This document shows, piece by piece, positions 1 through 12,239 of a DNA stretch of 64,000 nt. Source of the stretch: Chiloscyllium plagiosum (taxonomy: Eukaryota). The first letter of the stretch is position 1. Each line of letters begins with the position of its first letter. Location of the stretch: positions 3,837,450 through 3,901,449 of the forward strand of contig NC_057750.1 of the NCBI RefSeq assembly GCF_004010195.1, written 5' to 3'. The position numbers and the translations under genes are program-made. Below the pieces are notes generated by a model. That model did not search any database and was not told the origin of the DNA. It saw nothing but the letters and a program-made list of their open reading frames with translations.

Positions 1-390
1 TTTCACTATCTGCCATGGTGGGATTCAAACCCGGGTATCCAGAACATGAGCTGATTTTCTGGATTAATAGGCTAGAGATAATCCCATCACCTCCCAATGT
101 GCAATTAAAAGGAAAATTAAAATTGGTGATGATGACCATAAATCCCGAACTGTTCACTCATGTCGTTTAGGGAAGGGAAATCTTTCCCAGTCTAGTGTGA
201 CTCCAGACCCACCGTAATCTCATTGACTCTCATCTGCCCTCTGAACTGACTGAGGAAATCACTCAGTAAAGGGCAATTAGAGATTGGTAATAAATGCTGG
301 CTCTGCCATTGATACCCACATCCATGAACAAACTTAAAAAATAAAATGTGAATTTTGAACAGTGTCACTGATGCTCCTGACTCCATCTAG

Positions 391-520
391 ATGACGACAC
401 GGAGTCTAAAGCTGCAGACTGGATACCCAGTGACGATGAGAGGAGTATGCTGAGGGAAGAATTTGTGAGTCGCATGTACCAGCGCTTTCTGGATGGGGAA
501 GACAGTGACTTTGATTACAG
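391..520 (+). CDS. CCDC97: CCDC97 penultimate coding exon (upstream exons lie outside the window)
   Basis: Acceptor ccatctag|, donor |gtggtt. Encodes [41 protein letters not shown], matching the recalled CCDC97 C-terminal region ([23 protein letters not shown]). Confidence 0.92.
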
Positions 521-1184
521 GTGGTTATCAAACACAAGTATACAAGTTGAAACCTACAGTACAGAAAGCAGCCATTCAGCCCCTTCCATCAGTGCCAGTT
601 CTTTGAAACAGCAATCCCATGTTAAACCAAACACATTGATCCAACTGTGTTCCTCCTTCCCAACAATATTACTCTTCCAGATTAAGGCTTTTCATTGATA
701 TAACCAGTCACGACTCTTTATGTTGATACCAAATATTTAATATTAGCTCTAAATTTTACCCTCACTGACTAAGATCTACACCCTCTTCTTCTTTGTTGAA
801 ATCTTGCCTTATGGTCTCATTCCATGTTCAAAATTGTTCAATACTCCTTTTTTCATACCATCTACAGGTTTATGAAAACCAAATTTATTCTCTCCTAACT
901 GTTACTCTTTTGACCTCGTCCATTAAATCCAGCAGAATAAGAATGGCTCCTAGCCTAAATTTATAAAAACATTATTATTTGTTATCCCAGTGCACTCATG
1001 GCCATTTTTTCAAAATGCTTGTCAGATTTTGTTACTCTTGTCGAGACCTTGAAAGTAATCTTTTAGATTAACTAACATGAAACTGTATATCATTTTACTG
1101 CTGCAGCAACAATGTAAATTGGTAATTGACTCGGCATCCTCATTGCCTTTAAGCACTTTGGGTTGTTTCAATGTTAGATAACCA

Positions 1185-1570
1185 GTGAGTCAGCTGCAGT
1201 TTCGTAGGTAGCGTTCTTACCTATGACTCAGAAGGGTTGTGAGTTCAACAGTGACATTCCACTGCAGTATTGATAGAGTGCTGCGCTGCTAAAAGCGCCA
1301 CTTTTCAGGTGAGATGTAATACTAAAGATTTTTTGGGGGGTATGTATCTAAAATATCCTATGACACTATTTTGAGAAAGGCTCATCTCGTGTCTAGTGTC
1401 TAGGATCGATGTTTAGCTGTCAGTTGCAATAATAGGCATTTAATGTTTAGCACATTGCTGTGGGAGTTTGACGTTTGCAAATTGGCCACCATTTCAAAAG
1501 ATAATTGGTAACAGTAACGCTGTTTGGGACATCTTGAGGTTGCTATATAAATTCAAGTTCTTTCTTTCCA
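1185..1570 (+). mobile_element. ancient Deu-domain SINE (SacSINE1/AmnSINE-like)
   Basis: Decayed tRNA-like head; cagtattgatagagtgctgc...cttttcaggtgagatgt resembles the recalled Deu core; tail gctatataaattcaagttctttc. Confidence 0.55.
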
Positions 1571-1649
1571 TGTTTCCCATTATTTGCTGTGCGGTTTCAG
1601 GTGGGAGGAATAGCCATTTGCACCAGCTGGCGGAGGATGGCTCTCTCAA

Positions 1650-1905
1650 CCAACACACGCACACACACTGCATATGCACGCACACAACTCCCCACACCCC
1701 TCCCATACACACTCCCCCACACACCATCATCTTACACACACACCCAGCCCCACCCCAGACCCATCCCACATCCCCACCACACCTCCATACCCACACCTCC
1801 ACTGCACCAGACATACCCCCACCCCACAAACACACAACCTCCCCCACCCACCCTCGCACGCACGTAAATGCACTCTCTCTCTCTCTCAAATCCCACACGT
1901 ACACC
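1650..1905. repeat. CA/C-rich low-complexity tract
   Basis: Degenerate (CA)n/(CCA)n followed by (CT)n in the last CCDC97 intron. Confidence 0.85.
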
Positions 1906-2006
1906 TCAAACCAGGATTTTTTTTGCTGTTTAGAGAAACATAAGCAGACTCTGATTAGGAAATCACTGTTACACTTCCTGTTATTTAAGGCCCATTCTCC
2001 TTTCAG

Positions 2007-2127
2007 TGCTGTTGATGACAACCCGGATTTTGACAACCTTGACATCATAAATCGTGATGAAGAGGAGAGATACTTTGACGAGGAGGAGCCAGTTGAAGTT
2101 GAAGATATAGAGATGGACAAGGATTAA
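2007..2127 (+). CDS. CCDC97: CCDC97 last coding exon
   Basis: Acceptor ctcctttcag|; AG|T gives Ser in phase with the previous exon; [39 protein letters not shown] then TAA. Confidence 0.93.
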
Positions 2128-2385
2128 ACATTCTTCAATTTATATGTCTTTTTTTTAGATTTTACAACATTTCTAAAGGAGAATGTTGGTGACCAACTGA
2201 GTAGTTTAGTGCATGTCATAAAAGAATTTCTTCCTATTTTTAATGTCAGTTTAATTGGCCAGTTTCTATTGTGCTGAAATCAAATTTTTTTTTTAAGTTT
2301 CACGTACAAAGGAGGATGAAACCGAAACTGCTGTCAGACGACAAACAGATTCCCATTGTGGCTCAGTGCACCAACAGATCAACTA

Positions 2386-2565
2386 GGAGACTGTGAGGTC
2401 TGCAGATGCTGGAGATCAGAGTTGAGTGTGTTGCTGGAAAAGCATAGCAGGTCAGGCAGCATCCGAGGAGCAGGAAAATTGACGTTTTGGGCTCCAGCCC
2501 GATTTGTCAATTTTCCTGCTCCTCGGATGCTGCCTGACCTGCTATGCTTTTCCAGCAACACACTC
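2386..2565. mobile_element. short fold-back Penelope pLTR-derived insertion
   Basis: Perfect 60-bp inverted arms 2424-2483 / 2506-2565; same terminus sequence as the larger Penelope copies in the window. Confidence 0.9.
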
Positions 2566-3257
2566 TCAGCACCTAGCGATCAACTAAGCCTTGCTTCTGG
2601 GTTTAATTCCTCGTCCCCTGAAGAGATAGTTGGGAGGAAAGGATTGGAACCTGCACCTTCTGCTCAGGTGCTAAAACCAGTCAGCTTTTACTTTTCCAAA
2701 TTGAACTCTCATGCTCTCTGTTTGTTAAACGTGAATGTTTGATGGGGCTCTCCACACTGAATATTCCATCTGTATTACATGTGAATTGGAAGCATAGAGT
2801 AAACATAAAACTTGCTTGTTTAATGCTGAAATAAGGACCACTCTCTGACACTTTTTTAAACTCAGTGACATCTATAAGCTAGTTCCCTCAAGTATGTTCT
2901 GAAAAATGTAGAAAAAAATAATCTGGACAAAGGTTTTTTAAAAATCCATGTCCTATTCCTATGAGGACACTAACTCGTGTTGGGATATAGCCTCCTGGGT
3001 ACCCACTAACCTGGAGGTGATTATTTCCAGGTGTTAGAATATCCACACGCAGCTTGATCCTGGACACCCTGACTTAACGTTTGCAAATGCAGTTTCCAGC
3101 AGGGATTATTCGGTGATGAGCAGTGTTGAAAACTTACATTCCTTTTTGTACTGGTGCCCTGGCCCAGCTGAGGTCTGATAACTCAGTTTAGTGTGAGGAT
3201 TGAACCCAGGGACTTTTGGTCCACATGAATGAGTTTCTTATTGAGTGTGTTCTTACT

Positions 3258-3263
3258 AATAAA
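3258..3263 (+). terminator. candidate CCDC97 polyadenylation signal
   Basis: First AATAAA seen after the stop codon, followed by GT-rich sequence. Confidence 0.45.
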
Positions 3264-4139
3264 CTGTGTGAAGAGTACAGAAGGGTAGGCAGCCTGTGAT
3301 GTGACGTTGTGATGCCATGACACACACTACTGTGCCTGGCTGAATTGCATCAGACACTGCTGTCTCCTGGCATAGCACACTATCTCTCTTATACACAGTT
3401 AAGATGATGTGGGAAAGAGTTACTTAGATACACACACACACACACAATATTACCAGAGGGTTTTGGGCAGCGCACCCTCACCTGTTTGGCAGTTCCTTTT
3501 ACAGGAAAAACACAACTCTGATTTGCTGGTAACTTTTTGGGTCTCAGTTGAAACAATATCTTGTTTCTTTGAGACGCTCACTGTCCTGGTATTCAGTTTT
3601 CATCTCCAACTTCCCAACTCTGTTTTCATATCTAGCAATGTGCTGGACAGAATTAGCATTACAATCTGTTTTTTAAACTATTTTAAGTCAATTGAAGAAC
3701 TTCAAAATCTTTCATTAAATGCTTTACATATTATTATTCATGTTGTTGCAGTTTCTCCCCAGTTTAACTACTGTTTACAGAATTGGGAAGTCAATAGGAG
3801 CTTAGGTATTATTCATTGTCCTGCTTTCTTTTAAAAACTGGAGATTATTTGCTCAGTAATCAAGGAAGGAGTGGCCACCTTCAAATGATAGGGTTTGATT
3901 GTGTGATGGTTGTGTTACTGGACTAATAATCCAGAGGTGAGTGTTCAAATTCCACCATGGCAGTTTGAGAATTTGAATTAAATTTTTCAAAATATGAAAG
4001 AAACTGGCCCATATTTGTCAACTTTCACTGAAAATCCAACTGATTCACTTTTAGGGAGGGAACTAGGTCTGGATCTTTATCTGACTGCAGTCCCACACCA
4101 ATTTTAATGACTCTTAACCGTCCTCTGAAGTGGGCAAGG

Positions 4140-6130
4140 AAGACACATGAACAGGAAGAGGCCATTCAGTCCCTGAAACATGTTCTGCCCTGTAATGAAA
4201 TTGTGGCTGATCTATATCCTAATTCACCACACCTGCCTTTGCCCCGTATCATTTAATACCTTTGGTTATCAAAACCTACTAATACAGTAGTTCCCCCCCC
4301 CCCCCCCCCGTACTCGTGGAAGATACATCCCAGGGCCAACCCTGGAAGTCCGAGTGAACCCATTCATTTAAATGGGAAACGTACCTTCCCAGCAGCCTCC
4401 TGGTCCCTGGTCCCGGAACATTCCCTATAATATGTTCGGCCGCAGTAGACTGCAGGTAACTGAAACAGTGGAAAACGATTCCACGGATATGGAGCTCACC
4501 ATGTGTAATTTTTGAAATTAACAAGTGATCTAGCATTAATTGTTCACAGAGGAGAGTTCTGAACCCCTACCAGTTTTTGTGTGTAGAAGTGGTTCCTGAT
4601 TTCATTTCTGAAAGAATTGGCTACAATTCTTATACTGTGCTCCTGGACCTCTGAACTAGAGGAAATAGTTTCCCTCCATTTACCATATACTTGATATTTT
4701 GAAAGCTTAACCCATCTTCTGTATGAAACATATGATTATATAAATTCAGCCCCTCGTGCCTGCTCCCCCATTCCACAAGATCGTGCTCATCTGATTGTAG
4801 CTTCAAACCCACATTACCGTCTAGTTCTGATAATCTTTCATTGCATTGCTTAGTAAGAATCTATCTATTCTTGCCTTTAAAAATATTCGAGAATCCCGCT
4901 TTTATTGCGCTTTGAGGAAGAGAGCTCCAGAAACTTGTGGCTCTGTGAGAGAAAAAGAATTGTGTCATCCTTTATATAAATGGGCCATCCTGATTTTTAA
5001 ACAGTGAACCCTAGTTCTAGATTCTCCCATTAGAGGAAACATCCTTTCCACATCTACTCTGTGAGGAACCTTCAGAACCTTATGTGTTTCAATAAAATCA
5101 CCTCTTGCTCTTCTAAGCTCCAGCAGAGAAAAGCCTAGTCTGTCCATCCTTTCCTCATAAGACAAATCACCCCCACCCAAATAAACCTTTGCTGAACTTC
5201 CTGTAATAAATTTATATCTTTCATTAAATAAGGCACCAACATTGTGCACGATACTCATTAGTGTCCTCTAAAACTGAAGTATTCAATTTCCCCTGATATG
5301 TGATAACATTATATTAACTTTCCTAATTACTCAATGTACTTGTACACTAATCTTTTTATGATTCATGAACAAGGACATCCAGATCCCTCTGCATCTCAGA
5401 ACTGCAATATCTCATCATTGAGATAATACACATTTTAAAAACTTCTTTATGCCAAAATTGGTAATTTCACAATTACTTCATTATATTCCTTTGCCACATC
5501 TTTGCCCACTCACTTAGCCTGTCTGCATTTTTTTTTTGTGGCTGCATTATGTTCTCTTTACAACACGTATTCCTAGCTATCATTGTATTGTTTGCAAATT
5601 TGGCAACCGTACCTTCCATCACTTCATCTAAACCACTTTTATAAGTTGTAAAATATTGAGGGCCCAACACTGATCCCTGTGATACACACTCATTACACAT
5701 TGCCATCCTGAAAAAGACACAAATCATGCCTAATGCATATCCTGTTAGCCAGCCAATATTTACCTATACTAATATGCTTCCCCATAAACATGTATTTTCC
5801 ACAATAATGTTTGATGTGGCATTTTATCAGAGGTCTCCTGGAAATCAAGTACAGTTCATCCAGTCATTCCCTTTACCCACAGCATGTGTTACCAATCAAA
5901 GAAGTCCAGTGGATTGGACACACATGAATTCATTTTCATAAAACTCAGTTGACATGGCCACCTTATACTTAGCCTAGTGCTCTCCTACAACTTTAATAAT
6001 TGCTTTGAGCATTTTCTCTGTGACAGATGTCAAAGTAATTGATGTTTAGTTTCCTACTTTCTGTTCACTCCCTTTTTGAATAAGGGAGTGGCATTTATTA
6101 GCTTTCAAACTAATGGGACTGTCCTTTACG
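4140..6130 (-). mobile_element. decayed CR1 LINE (RT + 3' tail)
   Basis: Fragments VSQGSVLGPQYF, VAKFANNT, LSYEERMDRLGFSLLELRRARGD. Confidence 0.8.
4285..4505. mobile_element. Tigger/pogo-like MITE
   Basis: TA flanks; 5' cagtagttcccc; 3' gtaactgaaacagtggaaaacgattccacggata resembles MER2/Tigger ends; interrupts a CR1 tail. Confidence 0.55.
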
Positions 6131-6357
6131 ATCAGTTCAAAACTGAATACTATGGCTACTGTCTCAGGCAATGAGAAACAAGTGGAAATGTTGGCTTTAC
6201 TCACAAAGTCCATGTCCTCGGAGTGATTATCTCTTTGTAAACAACCTTTTAAAAAGTTCCCTCATGATGGATTCTTTTTCTGCCAATTCATTTGTGTAGC
6301 TCAATCATGCTGAGGATTAATTTCTTAATGTATTGCATCGTATGTCTCTTATAAGGT

Positions 6358-7985
6358 ACCCTCCTCTGCCTCACTGAACTGGCCCTCACCCCTCCACCAC
6401 TACCCTCCTCTGCTTCGCCGAACTGGTCCTCACCTCCCCACCAATATCCACCTCCATCTCACCAAACTGGTCCTCACCCTCAATAACTTTTCCTTTAACT
6501 CCTCTCGTTTCCTCCAAATCAGGGGGGTGGCATGGTATCTGGATGGACCCCAGTTATGCCTGCCATATTGAACAGTCCCTCTTCAGTACCTACACAGGCA
6601 CTGTGCTCCAACTCTTCCGCCATTATATCGATGACTGCATCGATGCAGTGTCCTGCACCCAGGCTGAACTGGAGCAGTAAATCGATTTCACCACAACTTC
6701 CACTCTGCCCTCAAATTCATGCCATCTCGGACACCTCCCTCCCATTTCTTGACCTCATCATTTCCATGTGCAGCAACGGTCTCCAGACATCTACTACAAA
6801 GGTACAAAATCCCATAACTATCTGGACTATGCCTCTTCCCACCCAGTACCCTAAAAACGCCATCCCATTCTTCCAATTCCTCCATATACATCTCATCTGC
6901 TTGGATGAGGAGACATTCCACTCACGAGCATCCCAGATGTCAACCTATTTTGAACAACATGCTTTTCCTCCTTCCATCATCCAGACAGCCTTCCACCGCA
7001 CCACCTCAATTCCCGTTCCACTGCTCCAAATCCCCTCCACCCCCCCCCCCCCCAATGCAATAAAGACAGGGTCACCCTTGTTCTCACCTACCATCCTACT
7101 AGTCTCCGCATCCAATGCATCATCCTCAAACATTTCTACCTACTCCAAATATACCCCACCATCAAGAATGTCTTCACCTTCCCACCCTTCTCTGCCTTCC
7201 TCAAGGATTTTTCCCGCCTACAGTCTTTGGTTCATGCCACTCTCGCCACCGAACCTCCAGGTACCTTCCCCTGCAACTAGAAAAAATGCAAAACCTGCCA
7301 GTACACCACTCCCCTCACTTCCATCCAGGGTCCCAAACAGACCTTTCAGATGAAACAGAGGTTTACCTGCCTTTCTTCCAACCTATTTTACTGCATCAAG
7401 TGGTCCTGGTGTGGTCTTCTCTACATTGGGGAGACTGAAAGCAAACTTAGGAATGGTTTATTGAGCATCGCAGCTGGGTCCGCAGGGGCCAACCGGACCT
7501 CCCAGTCACTGCTAATTTCAATTCCCCCAACCACTCCTTTTCTGACATGACCATTCTTGGCCTCCATTGCCAAAATGAACCGCAGCTCCTATTGGAGGAA
7601 CAACATCTTATCTTCAGTCCGGGCACCCTACAACCCGGAGGACTCAACATTGAGTTCTCCAATTTCAAATAACTTCCCTCTTCATCCCCTGACTCCCTTC
7701 CCAGCTCCGCGCCCCCGCACACCTCCCTTCCACTGCTCCCTGCCACTGACCGGATTCATTCCTCCTAATGACCAACCAAGCTGTGCCTGCTACCTGTCTT
7801 CACCTCTCCTCACATCACCATCCTGCCTCCACCACCCCCTTTATCTGCAGCTCTCCCCACACCCACCCCCAGTCCTAAAGAAGGGTTCAGCTCGACTTCT
7901 GCACCTCCTGATGCTGCCTGGCTTGCTGTGTTCTTCCAGCCTCCTGCCTGTCTACTTTGAATTCCAGCATCTGCAGTTTTTTTTT
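6358..7985 (+). mobile_element. Penelope-like retroelement, 5'-truncated and frameshifted
   Basis: RT thumb (SLPFLDL, KNAIPFFQFL) and GIY-YIG (FYCIKWSWCGLLYIGET); perfect 15-bp TSD tgtctcttataaggt at 6343-6357 / 7986-8000. Confidence 0.9.
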
Positions 7986-8089
7986 TGTCTCTTATAAGGT
8001 TATACCTGAGTTCGAAAATGAATTAAAATTTGTCTTTCATCCTAGTAGGATTTGCAAGTGAGGGTGAATGGTGAACCTCCTATATTACC

Positions 8090-8585
8090 ACATTACCAAA
8101 AGGATGTGGATGCTCTGGAGAGGGTGCAGAGGAGGTTTACGAGGATGTTACCTGGTATGGAGGGTGCTAGCTATGAAGAGTGGTTGAATAGATTAGGATT
8201 ATTTTCATTAGAAAAACGGAGGTTGAGGGGGGGCCTGATTGAGGTCTACAATATCACGAGAGGTATAGACAGGGTGGATAGCAAGATGTTTTTTCCCAGA
8301 GTGGGGGACTCCATTATGGGTTACGAGTTCAAAGTGAGAGGGGAAAGGTTTAGGGTAGATATGCGTGGAAAGTTCTTTATGCAGAGGGTGATGGGGGCCT
8401 GGAATGTGTTGCCAGTGGAGGTGGGAATGATAGCATCATTTAAGATGTATCTAGACAGATACATGAATGGGATTGGAGCAAAAGGATACAGATCCTTAGA
8501 AAATAGGCAGCAGGTTTAGATAGAGGAGCTGGATTGGTGCAGGCTTGAAGGGCCTGTTCCTGTGCTGTAATTTTCTTTGTTCTTT
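8090..8585 (+). mobile_element. CR1 LINE 3' fragment
   Basis: [20 protein letters not shown]...LGLFSLEKRRLRG. Confidence 0.9.
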
Positions 8586-10004
8586 GTATAGATTTGTTAG
8601 AAAATGGGAATGGAAAAAGAGAGAAATCTAAAATACTACAAATTATACCCAAAACCATGGAACAAGAACTGAAGAAGGGCTAAGGTGTGGCATATATTGG
8701 AAAATTCTTTGAGGATGTCAAACACTTAGATTCATACAGCGCAGAAAAGGCCCTTTGGCTCATTGAGTCTGATTGGTCTTAGGATAATGTATTTAAAAGG
8801 TATGGCATCAATGAAGAAACACACTGTGATGAGGATCTGCACTTTTTCTTTCTTGGTAAATTAACTAAAAATGGTTGAATGATCTTGTTAATATCTACTT
8901 TGTGTTCCAGTACTGGAGTGATCTTAAACATGGAGAAGATTGGGGGTGAGCGGGAGAAGGGGAGAATAAACTGGTCATTTAGCTGCTCCTAATTGCTATC
9001 TGGTGAACCCTGGACGGTAAGCGGGCAAGTAGATGTTAGATACCAGATTCCTCCTCCTCCTCCTCCCCCCCCCCCCCCCCCCAAGTCAAATATTTGTTCA
9101 CACTCATTCTTTAGCATAGCCTTGGAGGTGAAGCTTGGAGGTTACCTACTCTAGCCAGTGCCTTGAGACCACTGTGCAGGAATGATCGCCACCTTCTGAA
9201 GTGGAGGAGAGCTAAGATTCTGTTGAACTTGCCTCCAACAGGAATTGTTGGCATACAGTCTTCCAAAGAGGAGGCAGTACTGGGTGAGATTTGAACTGCT
9301 TTAAACCTAACCACTTGCATGGAGTTAAAATCAGACTCAGTGCTCAGCATCTGAATCCTCCCAAGTTGCACAAAACAAATGTTGTTTTCCCTTGCTGAAA
9401 AAGTTTAGGATGTTGTTTTACACATGTATCAATTTTCAGAGATTAAATAAAATGTTTCTGAAATCACAATTTCTCAATTTTCAAGCTTGAACTTTATTTT
9501 AGAATGAGACTTTAGCTTATTTTTTGGACACACAGCAATAATTAAAACTGTTTTCTCTCCACAAATGCTGCCAGACCTGCTGAGTCTCTCCAGCAATCTT
9601 TGTTTTTGTTTCAGATTTCCATCATCTGCAGATCTTATGTTTAGAATAAAACAAAGAAGTTGAATTTTGTATCCACAAATTAACCTTGTATAGAAAATAG
9701 TGTTGCTATCTCTATGGGTTTGAATAATTCCACAAACTAGCCGTGAAGATACATTGTATGACATTGTCTCAACCACCCCAGTGTATTACAGTGTCATGCC
9801 TCACTCTCGGCCTTCAAAAATTTATCATGTACTATCATAAGTAACCAGAAGAGACAGACAGGATTGAAAATTAACATCTCATCCAAATAATAGCATTGTG
9901 TACAACTTCAAAATCCTGTTGACCTAAATTAAATTTCTGAAGTGGGACTTGAACTCTCAACATCGTGAACTGGAGAAGGGAATGCTTCTTGAAATATGAT
10001 TGGC

Positions 10005-10292
10005 ATTTGTTTCATAGATCCTTACAGACTGAAAGAGGCATTTCAGCCCTTTAAGTCTGCACTGACCCTCAAAGAGGATCCCATTCCAGACCCTATCCCC
10101 GTTACCCTGCATACGGTTTTTAACCGTGGCTAATCCAGCTAACCTGTTCATGTTTGGACTATAGAGGAACCAGAGCACTCAGAGGAAACTCACACAGACA
10201 CATGTAAACTCTAAACAGTCAGTTACCTGAGGCTGGAATTGAACCGGGTCCATGGCACTCTAAGGCAGCAGTGCTAACCACCTGTGCCACCC
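10005..10292 (-). mobile_element. HE1-like SINE (diverged)
   Basis: tRNA-like head with A/B boxes, partial V-domain, CR1-like tail. Confidence 0.75.
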
Positions 10293-10739
10293 ACACACAT
10301 TGTCGTGGAAATCTGAAACTCTCTGCCAAAAGCTGCTGAGCCAGTTGGTCAATTGAAACTTTAAAAATTAGATAGATTGATTTTATTTTGGGCAAGGATA
10401 TTAAGGGACTTGGAACCAAAGTGGATCAAAATGCAGATCAACCAAGATCAAACTGAATGACAGAATAGGTTCAAATGGCTTCATGATGTCCTGTTCCATT
10501 TATTGTCCCGGGTTACACTATCGATAGAATTTGGGTCAAGTTTCCTTTGGTCACTTCTCTAATTTCTAGGTTCAATGAAATGTTTACTCGGGTAATTAGT
10601 CTAATTACAACTAGCATTTGCCTGATTCCTAAGGTTACGTCTGGTTGAAAGATCAACTGGCCAGAATACTAAGGTGACTCACTTAGTTTCCATAATTTCT
10701 GGTCTATTATCTCAGAACAGATCTGGTTTTTCACTAGTC

Positions 10740-11802
10740 TGACTGGAGGTGGCCTCATTGCTAGGGATAATAGTCTTGTTGCCAGGACCAGGTAAAATTG
10801 CCAGTGGCTGATCCACTGGCCTTGTCGCTAGGGCCTGGCTACTGGCACCTGGTCTGGTTGCTAAGGAACTGGTCATTGGGGCCTGGTCTGGTTAAGGGAC
10901 TGGTCAGTGGGATTTGGCCTAATTGCTAAGAACCTGGGGACCGCTCTGTTACTAAGGGACTGGTCAGTGAGGCCTTGCCTGGTTGCTAAGGGCTTGGTCT
11001 GGTTAAGGGACTGATCACTGGGGCTTGGTGTGGTTGTTAAGGGACTAGTCACTGGGGCCTAGCCTGGTGGTTAAGGGACTGGTCAGTGGGTTTGGCCCAG
11101 TTGTTTAGGAACTGGTCAGTGGGGCTAGGCCTGGTTGTTACAAGACAGGTCAGTGAGGCCTGGTTGCTAAGGGCCTTGCCTTGTTGCTAATGAACTGGTT
11201 AGTAGGGCTTGGCCTGGTAACTAAGGGCGTGGGTCCTGGCCTGGTTGCTAAGGGACTGGTTAGTGGGGCCTGATCGGGTTGCTAAGGGACTGTCAGTGCA
11301 GTCTGGCCTCGTCTGGATGCTAAGGAACTGGTCAGTAGAGCCTGGTCTGGTTGTTAAGGGACTGGTTAGTGGGCCCTGGTCTGGTTGCTAAGGGCATTGT
11401 CAGTGGGGCCTGTTCTGGTTGCTAAGGGACTGGTCAGTGGGGCCTGGTCTGGTTGCTAAGGGACTGGTCAGTGGACCCTGGTCTGGTTGTTAAGGGACTG
11501 GTTAGTGGGCCCTGGTCTGGTTGCTAAGGGCATTGTCAGTGGGGCCTGTTCTGGTTGCTAAGGGACTGTCAGTGGGGCCTGGTCTGGTTGCTAAGGGACT
11601 GTCAGTGGGGCCTGGTCTGGTTGCTAAGGGACTGGTCAGTGGAGCCTGTTCTGGTTGCTAAGGGACTGGTCAGTGGAGCCTGGTCTGGTTGCTAAGGGAC
11701 TGTCAGTGGGGCCTGGTCTGGTTGCTAAGGGACTGTCAGTGGAGCCTGGTCTGGTTGCTAAGGGACTGTCAGTGGGGCCTGGTCTGGTTGCTAAGGGACT
11801 GG
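10740..11802. repeat. minisatellite, 32-33 bp unit CTGGTTGCTAAGGGACTG(G)TCAGTGGGGCCTGGT, roughly 30 copies
   Basis: Directly visible tandem array; near-identical units at 11400-11800, increasingly degenerate toward 10740. Confidence 0.95.
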
Positions 11803-11866
11803 TTGCGAGGATTTCCTGTCGGGCGCCCGGAGATGACGTCTGGCGCTCCGCGGAGCCGCTGCTAAG

Positions 11867-11885
11867 ATGGTGTCGGTAACTCTCG
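11867..11885 (+). CDS. C19orf47: C19orf47 orthologue exon 1 (MVSVTL)
   Basis: Strong Kozak context gctaagATGG; donor G|gtgagt; matches recalled N-terminus MVSVTMATSEW; lies in a CpG island. Confidence 0.88.
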
Positions 11886-12021
11886 GTGAGTTGGTGAAAA
11901 GCGGCCGGATCCGGGGGGTGTCATTGAGGCCTTGGGGAGGAGGCTGCGGAGGGGAAATCGGGCTGAAATCCGGAGCCGCAGTGTTCGGGGCTCGGCACTG
12001 AGTGGGAGCGGGGCCGGGGAT

Positions 12022-12062
<41 letters not shown>

Positions 12063-12063
12063 T
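12022..12063. repeat. (GGAGCC)n hexanucleotide repeat, 6 perfect + 1 imperfect units
   Basis: Directly visible at the start of intron 1. Confidence 0.95.
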
Positions 12064-12239
12064 GGCTCCTCAATATTCACATCCCCGCCGTCTCCCAACT
12101 CACCGCCCCCGCCCCCGGGAGCCTGAGACACCCCGACGGGTTGGCAGAGAGAGAGGGAGGGAGAGACTTCCAGCAAATCTGAACCTTTCCTGAGTTTAAT
12201 TCCCAAAGCAGCTGTTCCTCTGACAAATTCTATTTCTGG

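Larger units (their letters stand above)
11803..12140 (+). promoter_or_regulatory. CpG-island promoter / first exon region of C19orf47
   Basis: CpG-dense non-repeat tract; ETS-like ACAGGAAAT (minus strand, 11811-11819), CRE-like TGACGTC (11834-11840), YY1-like AAGATGG over the ATG; no TATA box. Confidence 0.75.

Noticed and set aside
1468..2006. His/Pro/Thr-rich ORFs
   Set aside because: Intronic CA-rich low-complexity sequence; only 2007-2127 is exonic.
10740..11802. CRISPR-like array
   Set aside because: Head-to-tail units without unique spacers, no cas genes, vertebrate context.
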